Positions 19,204 to 28,800 of a DNA stretch of 64,000 bases are shown piece by piece (position 1 is the first letter of the stretch; the number at the start of each line of letters is the position of its first letter). The DNA is from an uncultured Polaribacter sp. (GTDB lineage: Bacteria; Bacteroidota; Bacteroidia; Flavobacteriales; Flavobacteriaceae): the NCBI GenBank assembly GCA_905480405.1, contig CAJQQH010000001.1:2088-66087 (forward strand). Direction: 5' to 3'. A program made the position numbers and the translations under genes. Under the pieces are notes generated by a model. The model saw only the letters and a list, made by a program, of their open reading frames with translations. It had not been told where the DNA came from and searched no databases.

Positions 19204-19415
19204 AAATTATGTTTTAATTAATAATACCGTAAAACTAAGGCACATTTTTTATTAAATCACTAAAAAGAACCTCAACAAAAAACATACATAACAATAAAAA
19301 AGCCACAAAGCCTTATATACACTAATGTTAGAGAAGTGTTAAAGTTATTTCTTTAAAACCACTAAAAGTAAATGTTGTGGTGCTGTATGGGTGTTTTTAT
19401 AGCTTGTTGTAGCGT

Positions 19416-22223
19416 TTATATTTCTAAAATATAACTTGTTAAGTTCTCGTCGTGCGGTAGATTCATTTTTTTTCTTAATCTATAACGTTTTACTTCTACA
19501 CTTCTGGGAGAAATATTTAATAAAGGTGCAATTTCTTTAGAAGATAAGTTTAACCTAAGATATGCACATAACCTTAAATCGTTTGGAGTTAATTCTGGGT
19601 GTTTAGATTTTATTTTCTTCAAGAATTTTTTATCAGCGTTATTAAATGCTTCTTGAAACATTTTCCAATCATCTGTATTGTTTAGATTCTTATCAATTAT
19701 TTTAACAACATTGGCTAAACTTTGGTTTCCTCCTACAGATAATTCATTTTTTATAGAACTTAAAAACTCATTCTTTTTAATAATACTCATAGTAGACGTT
19801 GCTAGCTCTCTATTTTTACTAGCAATATCACTTCTTAATTTATCATTATTAAGCTTAATTATCTTTTGAGAACTCTCCAATTCTTTTAATTCTAATTCTT
19901 TTTGTGCTTTCTCTAATAACTTTTCTCTTTGATTTCTATAATATCTTCTATGTAAAACATTAGTTACATAACCTACAATTAAAAAACTAAGTATATACAC
20001 AACAACCATTAAGTTACTTATGTACCAAGGTTTAGCTATCTCAAAAGAGTATTCTGCTATATTACTACTTAACTTATTATCAATCGTTGCTCTTACTTTA
20101 AAGGTATAATCACCAAAAGATAAATTCTTAAATAGAAGCGAGTTAGAGCTAGAAAACTGACTCCATTTTTCATTAAGACCTACTAATTGATACTGATACT
20201 TAACCAATGAAGTACTATTGTAATTAGGAACACTATAAAAGAATTCTAAATTATTTTCATTACTATTAAATAAAGCTTTTTTTGACAAACTCATTTCATT
20301 AGAACTACTATCTAATATATTATTATATACTTTATTTATACTTACCTTAAAAGTGTTTGGCGCTTTTATATTATTTAAATCGATTACTAAATATCCATCC
20401 GTTGTACCTATTAAATATTTTTTATCTTTTAAGTGCACTATATTTTCAAAACCCGATGCTCCTTTATGAGAAGAACCAATAATTGGTATAATTTCTAAAT
20501 CTGGCTTGTTGCTTAATTTTCCCGGAGTAAAATAACGTATATCATCTTTGGTAAATGACCATAATCTATTATTTTCTTTATCAAACAATAATTTTGCAGA
20601 AAGAAATTTATTTTTAGGAATTAATCTACTGTAAACTGAGTCTAATTTAAAAACATCTTTGTCTTCTAGATACTTATAAACACCTTTCTTACTTGAATAA
20701 AAGATAAAATCTTGGTATTTAACTAAGCTAGAATGAATACCTTTTTCTACAGAAGCGTCTTTTTTTAATTTTAAAACTTTGGTAAACTTTTTATCTACTT
20801 CTAATTTAAAAACCCCTTTATACTCATGGTTTACAAAAATTTTATTTCCGTTTGTTAAAACAAAGTATCTACTTGAGTTAGAAAAACCTTCAATTTTATT
20901 TTTTAATTTCCATTTTTCGCCTTCTTTAGTAAGTACATATAAACCATCATAACCACCTTGAATTAAAGTAGAATCATTTATCTTCTTAACACCCCAAGCG
21001 CCTGTAGAATTACTTATTAATTGAGCTTTATTATCAATGATTATAAACATACCAGAATTATGGCTACAAAAAAGAGAGTTATCAATTGTTTGTAAGTTCC
21101 AAACTTGACCTTGTGTGTTTTTTATAAATTTAAAAACATCTTCGGAGTTATTTTTTCTGTAATATAATCCTTGATTAGTACCTAAATATAAATTTCCATT
21201 AAACACTTTTGAAGCATAAATTGTCCCCCAAAAATTACTCTTTTTTTCAAATAACTTAAAAGGAGAAGCTAAACTAATTGTATTTATACCATTATCTAAA
21301 CCCAACCAAACATTATTATCTACGTCTTCAAAAGTACTTAAAACAGTATTATTACTTAACCCTAAACTTTGCGTAATTTGATTATCTAATACTCCATCGT
21401 TTGTTAAAAAGATTAAGCCGCTAGAAATTGTACCTAAAACAATATTTCCGTTTACTAACTCCTTTGCACTATAAACTGTTTTGTTTGTCAAAAAATTATC
21501 AGAAGGAATTCCCCAAGGTATTAAGTTATTATCTTCGATAAAATAAAACCCTTTTTTCTGAGTTAAAACCAATAATTTATTGTCCTTTTTTAAAATTTCT
21601 ACAACAATATTATCTTTTAAAATTTCATGGTCAGAAATTAGTTTTGGTACTCCATTTTCAATTCTAAAAACACCTTTTTTGTTTTCTTGAAAATAAATAA
21701 CACCATCAACCTTAGATAACTTATGAATTCTATAATCTGAATTAATAATTTTTACTTGATCTTTTTCTAAGTTATATAAATAAATTCTTTCTAAAGATTT
21801 AAAAACCATCCAACCATCAAGTTCTTCAATTTCCCAAACCTGCTCATCCTCTAACATTTTAATGTTTTTTGCCTTTACGATAGAAGAATACTCTAAATTA
21901 CCTAAATCATTTTTTTTCCAAAAACCAAAATCCATATAAAAACCAGTATACACCTTATCTTTAAAGCTTTTTACAGAGCGCATAATAGTTTCATTTGGAG
22001 TAGGATACAATTGCCAAAAAGCTCCATTATATTCCAATAAACCTTCGTTATTAGCAACATAAATAAACTTATTTTCTCCTTGAGTTATATCCCAATTTTG
22101 ATTTTCTGCGCCATAGTCTTCTGTTGTAAAGACACTTACTGGCGGAATTTCTTGAGAAAAAATTGAAATTGTAAATAGACAGAAAATAAATATTGATAAA
22201 CTGTGAAGAAAATTTATACGCAT
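19416..22223 (-). CDS. Membrane-tethered sensor/regulator: periplasmic beta-propeller repeats + Y_Y_Y domain, one TM, coiled coil, C-terminal LuxR-type HTH
   Basis: Y_Y_Y signature YQYQLVGLNEKWSQFSSSNSLLFKNLSFGDYTFKVRA. TM WYISNLMVVVYILSFLIVGYV. HTH LSSKEIAPLLNISPRSVEVKRYRLRKKM. No HisKA/HATPase or receiver motifs seen. Start moved to MRINFLHS (ATG 22223), which yields a signal-like N-terminus. Confidence 0.8.
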   Translation of the reverse strand: MRINFLHSLSIFIFCLFTISIFSQEIPPVSVFTTEDYGAENQNWDITQGENKFIYVANNEGLLEYNGAFWQLYPTPNETIMRSVKSFKDKVYTGFYMDFGFWKKNDLGNLEYSSIVKAKNIKMLEDEQVWEIEELDGWMVFKSLERIYLYNLEKDQVKIINSDYRIHKLSKVDGVIYFQENKKGVFRIENGVPKLISDHEILKDNIVVEILKKDNKLLVLTQKKGFYFIEDNNLIPWGIPSDNFLTNKTVYSAKELVNGNIVLGTISSGLIFLTNDGVLDNQITQSLGLSNNTVLSTFEDVDNNVWLGLDNGINTISLASPFKLFEKKSNFWGTIYASKVFNGNLYLGTNQGLYYRKNNSEDVFKFIKNTQGQVWNLQTIDNSLFCSHNSGMFIIIDNKAQLISNSTGAWGVKKINDSTLIQGGYDGLYVLTKEGEKWKLKNKIEGFSNSSRYFVLTNGNKIFVNHEYKGVFKLEVDKKFTKVLKLKKDASVEKGIHSSLVKYQDFIFYSSKKGVYKYLEDKDVFKLDSVYSRLIPKNKFLSAKLLFDKENNRLWSFTKDDIRYFTPGKLSNKPDLEIIPIIGSSHKGASGFENIVHLKDKKYLIGTTDGYLVIDLNNIKAPNTFKVSINKVYNNILDSSSNEMSLSKKALFNSNENNLEFFYSVPNYNSTSLVKYQYQLVGLNEKWSQFSSSNSLLFKNLSFGDYTFKVRATIDNKLSSNIAEYSFEIAKPWYISNLMVVVYILSFLIVGYVTNVLHRRYYRNQREKLLEKAQKELELKELESSQKIIKLNNDKLRSDIASKNRELATSTMSIIKKNEFLSSIKNELSVGGNQSLANVVKIIDKNLNNTDDWKMFQEAFNNADKKFLKKIKSKHPELTPNDLRLCAYLRLNLSSKEIAPLLNISPRSVEVKRYRLRKKMNLPHDENLTSYILEI

Positions 22224-22539
22224 ATACAGTAATGTTTGGTTAACAATATAATGCAAATAACTTAAAATTAACAAATTAAACTTAACTTGTATAGTAAAAA
22301 CTGAAGTAAACTAAATACAAATAACTTCATAAAAACTTTACTTTTAAGGTTTTAACACTCGTAAAAGAATCTTAACAAAATTAAATATTAATGAATTTTA
22401 GTTTTTTAAACTCTTAAACAAATAAGTAAATTGTACCCTATTTTAATCTATTATATACTTTAAAGTATATATAACAACAAGGTTATCTAATAACTTTGAT
22501 TGATAAACAATTTAATATAAAGACAAAAAAGAAAGAATT

Positions 22540-23673
22540 TTATAATAATCCTTTTATTTTCTCAACTGTAATATCTACCTCTTCTTTTGTTGTAAACTTA
22601 GAAAAAGAGAAACGTATAGAAGTTTTATCTACTTCTGTATCTTTAAGAATCTCTGCTAATACATGAGAACCTATATTACTTCCACTTTGACAAGCAGATC
22701 CGCCTGAAACAGCAATACCTAACATATCTAAACTAAATAATAACATGTTATTATTTATGGAAAAACGTGCATTTAAAATAGTATAACTACTTCTGTTTAA
22801 ATCCGCTGACAACCCATTAAATAAAATACCTTTTGATAAAGCTTCTAATTCAGATATAAAATATTGCTTAATGTTTTTAATATAATCTTTATCTTTCTTT
22901 AAATTTTCGAATGCAATTTCTAAAGCTTTCTCCATTCCTAAAATAGAATGCACATTTTCTGTACTAGACCTTGCTCCTCTTTCTTGTTCACCACCATAAA
23001 ACATTGGCAAAACCCCAAAACCTTTTTTAAAATAAGCAAAACCAACTCCTTTTGGTCCATGAAACTTATGTGCACTTGCAGTAATAAAATCTATAGGTGT
23101 TTTTTGCAAATCTAAATTGTAATGACCAATTGCTTGTACAGTATCAGAATGAAAAAGAGATTTATAATTCTTGCACAAAGCAGTAATTTTATCAGCTTCT
23201 AAAATATTACCAATTTCATTATTAATATACATTAAACTCACTAAAGTTTTCTCATCAGAATTTAACAACAAATTCTCTAAATTTTCTAAATCTACATTTC
23301 CAAATTCATCAACATTTACATAATCAATAGTAATATTATAAGTTCTTTCTAAAAACTCACAAGTATGTAAAACTGCATGATGCTCAATTTTTGATGTTAT
23401 AATTCTTTGAACACCTAAATTTAAAACAGCGTTGTTAAGTATTAAATTGTCTGCTTCTGTTCCGCCAGCAGTAAAAACAATATCACTTGCAGAAACATTA
23501 AAATGTTTGGCTATATTTTTTCTTGCAGTTTCTACAGCAGATTTAGCCTTTCTACCAAATTGATGTGTAGAAGAAGGATTACCAAAGTTTTCTTGCATAG
23601 AAATATGCATTAACTCTAAAACTTCTACATCTATTTTTGTTGTAGCTGCATTGTCTAAATAAATAGCTTTCAT
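22540..23673 (-). CDS. Cysteine desulfurase (class V aminotransferase, NifS/IscS-like)
   Basis: PLP-lysine motif ASAHKFHGPKGVG. Active-site loop SGGSACQSG. Confidence 0.85.
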   Translation of the reverse strand: MKAIYLDNAATTKIDVEVLELMHISMQENFGNPSSTHQFGRKAKSAVETARKNIAKHFNVSASDIVFTAGGTEADNLILNNAVLNLGVQRIITSKIEHHAVLHTCEFLERTYNITIDYVNVDEFGNVDLENLENLLLNSDEKTLVSLMYINNEIGNILEADKITALCKNYKSLFHSDTVQAIGHYNLDLQKTPIDFITASAHKFHGPKGVGFAYFKKGFGVLPMFYGGEQERGARSSTENVHSILGMEKALEIAFENLKKDKDYIKNIKQYFISELEALSKGILFNGLSADLNRSSYTILNARFSINNNMLLFSLDMLGIAVSGGSACQSGSNIGSHVLAEILKDTEVDKTSIRFSFSKFTTKEEVDITVEKIKGLL

Positions 23674-23688
23674 AAATTAAAAATACAA

Positions 23689-24234
23689 TTAATTTGGGTT
23701 TTGAAAAACATAAACTTCTGTAGCTCCTAAACCATATTTTTTATAAGAAGCATCGTAATATTTTACAGGGTAATTATTTAATAAATAATGTAATTCAGAT
23801 TTTAAAACTCCTTCTCCTACTCCATGAATAAACACAATTTTAGGAATTCTTTTGTTGATAGCATATTCAATCTTTCGTTTTGCGGTATCCATTTGTAGAT
23901 TTAACATGTCGTAATTATCTAAACCTCTAGTAGATTTTATCAACTTATTTATATGCAAATCAACTTCTAAAACAACTTCATTCTTTTCTTTAGTAAATAA
24001 GCTTTTTTTAAGAGGTGCAGCAGTAATTTTTTCTTTTAAAAGTGAGTTATTTATATCTGAATACTTCGTTAATTCATGTTGCTCTTTATCAATTTTAACA
24101 AGTTCCGATTTCGTAAAATTAAAAATCATTCCATCAGAAGATTTAACAGAAATAACATCTCCATTAACATTAGCAACAACACCTTTTAAAACATCATCTA
24201 AAACAGCTACTTTATCACCAATTTCTAAACGCAT
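23689..24234 (-). CDS. Smr-domain protein (MutS2-like small nuclease domain) with N-terminal KOW/SH3-like segment
   Basis: VDLHINKL...KIVFIHGVGEGVLKSEL matches the Smr pattern DLHG...IHGkGsGvLr. Confidence 0.7.
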   Translation of the reverse strand: MRLEIGDKVAVLDDVLKGVVANVNGDVISVKSSDGMIFNFTKSELVKIDKEQHELTKYSDINNSLLKEKITAAPLKKSLFTKEKNEVVLEVDLHINKLIKSTRGLDNYDMLNLQMDTAKRKIEYAINKRIPKIVFIHGVGEGVLKSELHYLLNNYPVKYYDASYKKYGLGATEVYVFQNPN

Positions 24235-24296
24235 TCTTAACTTTATTTTAATTTACAAAAGTACTTTATTTACTTAACTTGCAAAAAAATATCGCC

Positions 24297-24929
24297 ATGA
24301 ATAAGACTTCAACAATTTCTACAACATTTTTTTTTGAAAGTGCTTATAATAAAACATTTTTAACAAATGAAAGAAAAAATATTTTATTAAAAATTGTGAA
24401 TTCAATCGCAAGCGAATATTCGAAAACAGGAATTGTGAATCTTACTTTTATTTGCACACATAACTCTAGAAGAAGTCAATTAGGCCAAGTATGGAGTTTT
24501 TTTGCTGCGTCATATTTTAATTTAAATATAAATGCTTTTTCTGGAGGAACTGAAGTTACATCATTTTATAGAAACACGATTAAAACGTTACAGAAGGTTG
24601 GATTTAATTTTCATTTAACAGATTTTTCTCATCAAAACCCTAAATATCAAATTTCTTTTAATGGCTATAAAAAATCAATTTTAGGCTTTTCTAAACTATA
24701 TAGTAATTCTATAAATATAGAACCTTTTATGGCGATTACTACTTGTAATAATGCCGACAAAAACTGCCCATATATACCAACAGCTAGTCATCGTTTTCAT
24801 TTACCTTTTGTAGATCCAAAACACGCAGATAAAACAAATAAACAAGAAGAAACCTACTTACAAACTAGCAAACAGATTGCTTCAGAAATTTATTTTATCT
24901 TTTCTGAAGTAAAAAAAATAGTATCTTAA
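24297..24929 (+). CDS. LMW-PTP/ArsC-family protein (candidate thioredoxin-coupled arsenate reductase or phosphatase)
   Basis: P-loop CTHNSRRS (CX5R-S) and a downstream C-X6-C pair (TTCNNADKNCPYIP), as in Gram-positive-type ArsC. ATG 24297 preferred over the TTG at 24279. Confidence 0.6.
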   Translation: MNKTSTISTTFFFESAYNKTFLTNERKNILLKIVNSIASEYSKTGIVNLTFICTHNSRRSQLGQVWSFFAASYFNLNINAFSGGTEVTSFYRNTIKTLQKVGFNFHLTDFSHQNPKYQISFNGYKKSILGFSKLYSNSINIEPFMAITTCNNADKNCPYIPTASHRFHLPFVDPKHADKTNKQEETYLQTSKQIASEIYFIFSEVKKIVS

Positions 24930-25879
24930 AAATAGCACTTATTATGCCTTAACCATCTTGTATTTCTTAAAATACTAAAATCTACGTGTAAAATAAATTC
25001 ATGGGTATTAAAATTACCAATTGCAGTATTTATTTTATAATCGTAAGCATAACCAATTCTATATTTTTCTTTAATTACTAGAGAAAACAAAGCACTCATA
25101 GAATCGTTAAAACGATAAGAGATACCTGCTTCTATTTTTTCTTTGAACAATATATTTGCATTCACATCAACAGAAATTGGTGAATTTGTGGTATACCTAA
25201 TCATTGTAGTTGGTTTAAATGAAAAATTTTCAGATAACTCAAACAAATAACCTGATGATAAAAATATATTCTGGTTTTTTGCAATACTAGTATTAAAATT
25301 GTTTTGAATATAAAATTGTGGACTTTCTAAAACATAAGGCAAAGACAAACCAAAATAAAAATTTTTATTATAAAATAAAGCTCCAAAACCAACATTAAAA
25401 AATTGCCCAGAAGCAGAAGCATACACGTCATTATCTGGTGTTATAGCACTCGAAAATTTGTTATTAAAAAAATGAATTCCTCCTTTTAAACCAAATGCTA
25501 ACCTACTATATCTAGAGGTTATAATAGTATAAGAAGCATCTAAATTTACATTCGTAGATTCAGAAAACCCAATTTTATCTTGAATGATGGTTGTACCTAA
25601 TGCAAGACCTCTACTAGTTCTAGCATTTAATGAAAAAGTTTTTGTGGTTGGCGCTCCTTCCACTCCTATCCATTGATCTCTAGATAAAAGAGAAATACTT
25701 AAATCTGATCTATAACCAACAAAAGCAGGATTTACAACTTGCATATTATACAAATACTGTGTGTAATTTGGTAGTTGTTGCGCAGCAATTTTAAAACTAA
25801 AAAAGCAACTTGCAAAAACTAACATTACATAGTTTTTGAAGTGTATAATACGCTTTCTATTTTTAGTTTTTTGTATCAT
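24926..25879 (-). CDS. PorP/SprF-family type IX secretion outer-membrane protein
   Basis: N-terminal QQLPNYTQYLYNMQVVNPAFVG signature and beta-barrel-like alternation. 4-nt overlap with the upstream type-B CTD cargo gene. Confidence 0.85.
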   Translation of the reverse strand: MIQKTKNRKRIIHFKNYVMLVFASCFFSFKIAAQQLPNYTQYLYNMQVVNPAFVGYRSDLSISLLSRDQWIGVEGAPTTKTFSLNARTSRGLALGTTIIQDKIGFSESTNVNLDASYTIITSRYSRLAFGLKGGIHFFNNKFSSAITPDNDVYASASGQFFNVGFGALFYNKNFYFGLSLPYVLESPQFYIQNNFNTSIAKNQNIFLSSGYLFELSENFSFKPTTMIRYTTNSPISVDVNANILFKEKIEAGISYRFNDSMSALFSLVIKEKYRIGYAYDYKINTAIGNFNTHEFILHVDFSILRNTRWLRHNKCYF

Positions 25880-28800
25880 CTAATTAATTGAATAAATGAT
25901 GTTTTTGGCTTTTTTACACCATCATTATACTCTAAAGTATAGTAATAAACCCCAACAGGTGATGGTTTTCCATTAAAACTTCCATCCCACCAAATTGGAT
26001 TTAAACGCCCATTATTACTATGACTATACACCTTATTTCCTTGACGATTAAAAATCTCGATTTTAAAATTTGGGTAATCTTCTACAATTCCAGATATTTT
26101 AAATGTGTCACTTTTACCATCTGAATTTGGTGAAAATAAATTGGGATAATCATCATCAGTAATAGTCCCAATTCCAAAGGGAATAGATGTGTTTGAAGTG
26201 ATCAATAAGTTTACCATTGCTCGCAAATTAAAAGTTTCTATACTTTCATTTAATCGATCATTAATAGTAGTAATTGACTGTGAAATACTTGAAGTTAATG
26301 CAGGTATTTCTGTTGTCATTGAAATTGCATTATAATCTAGATTTCCAGAGGTTGAAATATCTGTAGTTTCTAACAAAAAGCTAATAGGCAAATAATTTTG
26401 CATTAACTCATTATTTGCATTTAATAATTGAACTACAAAAACCAAACCTCCACCTTCTTCTACTGTTTCATTAGAAATTGAAATAAGCGGATTTGGATCT
26501 ACATCTATAATTGTTGCCGTTTTTTGTAAATCTTCTAAACCTGTATTTCCTGTTGATAAAACTGTACCTGTAACATTCAGTGTTTCTTCATCTAATTCAT
26601 TTAGGTTGTCTAAAAAAGTAGGAATACTAAATAAAATTTCTGTATTTACATTATTAGGATCTATTGTACCTGATATCGTAAAAACATCAGAAACTGTTTG
26701 ATAATCTAGAGATTGAATTGCTAAATCATCACTAGTTTTTATTTCTACTTCTATAGGTATTGATGATGGATTTGAAAGTGTTATTGTATGATTCAATCCA
26801 AAACCTTCTTCAATTCTAGAATTATTCATAGAAATTGATGGAGCATTATCATTGTCTAAAATTGTTCCAATACTAATGGTTTCTGTATTTATTGTGTTGT
26901 TTGATGTTACAGAACCTGTTAACGTAAAAAGTTCACTTCTTTCAAATATATTGTCTTCTATGGATGAGATTGCAAATGTTTCATTTACTGTATTTGCAGG
27001 AATTGTAAATGTAAAATTTGATATAGCTGAGTAATCAAAAGGTGAATTCGCTACATCATAAATATCAGTAGTTGTTGTACCGTTTGATGATGTAAAACTA
27101 AATATTATAGGTGTTAAACTTTCTATTGAAATTGAGTTGTTATTTTTTGTAACAAGATTGATGTTGAATATTAAATCACTTCCCTCTGTTGCAGATGCAT
27201 TTTCTATAATTACAAGAATTGCAATAATTTCTCTCCAATCTCTTTCAGGGTTGTCTACATTGTCAACATTTGGAAAACTTAATGGAGTTTGATTGTTTGT
27301 AGGATTTATTAAACTATTATTCGTATCAAAAGCATCATCTAAACCATCATTATCTGAATCTATATTAGAAATCAAAGTTTCTGCAATCCCGTCACTATTT
27401 GTATCCCAAGCTTCTACAACATCATCTCTAATATCATTGTCAGAATTAACATCTATATAATCAAAAATTAAATCACCATCAGTATCAATCGGTAAAATTC
27501 CATTAGGATATGATGTGTCTATTCCTGATTCTGAAAACACATTACTAAGTGTACTATAATCACTGGTTGTTTGTGCTTCTTTATTATCAACAATTCCATC
27601 ATTATCAGAATCAATATCAAGATAATTTAGGTTGCTATCTGAATCTGAGTTTGGCAACGTATAATTAATTATTGCAGTTGAAGTATCATCAGTTTCTAGG
27701 GTGTTTTCTAATCCATTATCTCCAACAATTGTATTTGTACCTCCATTTGAATCAGTGTCTAAAGAACTATTTCCTGCTTCGACAATGTCTAAAACACCAT
27801 CATTATCACTGTCTAAATCTAGGTGATTTGCAACTCCATCATTATCAAAATCAAACACATCTACTACTCCATCTAAATTTACATCATCCCCAAAATCTAC
27901 GTCTCTATAATTGGGTATCAAATCTGCATCATCATCATCTAAAGGGTTTAATCCATTACTTTCTAACACATCTGGAATCGTATCATTATCATCATCTAAA
28001 TCAATATTATTAATAACACCATCATTATCTGAATCTGTAGAAATATCAATATCTATAGTAGCAGTACTTGTTAATACATTTAAAGGATCACCAGACGTAA
28101 AAGTCACAGTATTAGTATCAGCACATGGCTCACTTAAAACAACCGAAAACTGAATTATAATACTTTCATTTGCTCCTAAAATCCCTGAAGAACCATCAAA
28201 TAGATTTATATCTGTTGTACCATTAAAATTTGAGTTTAAAACAGGATTTGAAACTGCTGTTGAACTCTCTATAATTGGTGATTGTAAAGATATTATGTTG
28301 CCTGCACACAACGTATTTAAATCATCTTGTACTTGCAAGTTTCTTAATTGTACAGATTCACTTGTATTTTCTATTGTAATTTGAAAAGTTAACTCTTCAT
28401 GTTCTAAAACACCGTTTGGACTTGTTTCAGTATCTGAAATTGAGTTATTTATACTTGAAGAAGAAGTGTATAAAAAACGCATACTAGATGTTGTGCAAAT
28501 ACATTGGTTACTTGATGAAATAGCATTTGTATCAGAATCAGTCCTGTAGTATCTATCTATATGATTTCCTAAACTATCAGACCAGGTATTAAAAGAATAT
28601 CTCCTTTTGCTTGATGCTGTTGTTTCATCAAAACCATCTAAATTTCCTTGAGTTAATGATGTAGTAATTTGATAGAAGTAATTATAAGATTCAGAATTAT
28701 AAGGACTAATTTCATAAAACAATTCTAGTATCACTTTTTCTCCTGATTCTAAAGAATTGTTAGGCAACAATAAATTGGTTTCTATATCTCCATCATAAGC

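Noticed and set aside
19290-19385. CCACAA ... TTGTGG inverted hexamers upstream of susC as a possible LuxR-type operator
   Set aside because: The arms are only 6 bp and about 65 nt apart, so this is not distinguishable from chance. I also found no convincing TAnnTTTG box for susC.
27672-28013. 113-aa His/Leu/Gln-rich ORF (and the neighbouring 27911-28153 ORF) on the plus strand, which looks like a metal-binding peptide
   Set aside because: It is the antisense reading of the thrombospondin type-3 Asp-rich repeats (GAT/GAC read backwards) inside the 1575-aa adhesin gene. It has no independent start context and is a compositional artefact.
27378-28089. Short periodic DNA repeats that might be mistaken for a CRISPR-like or satellite array
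   Set aside because: The periodicity is coding (DxDxDGxxD calcium-binding repeats) and in frame. There is no conserved repeat/unique spacer structure and there are no cas genes.
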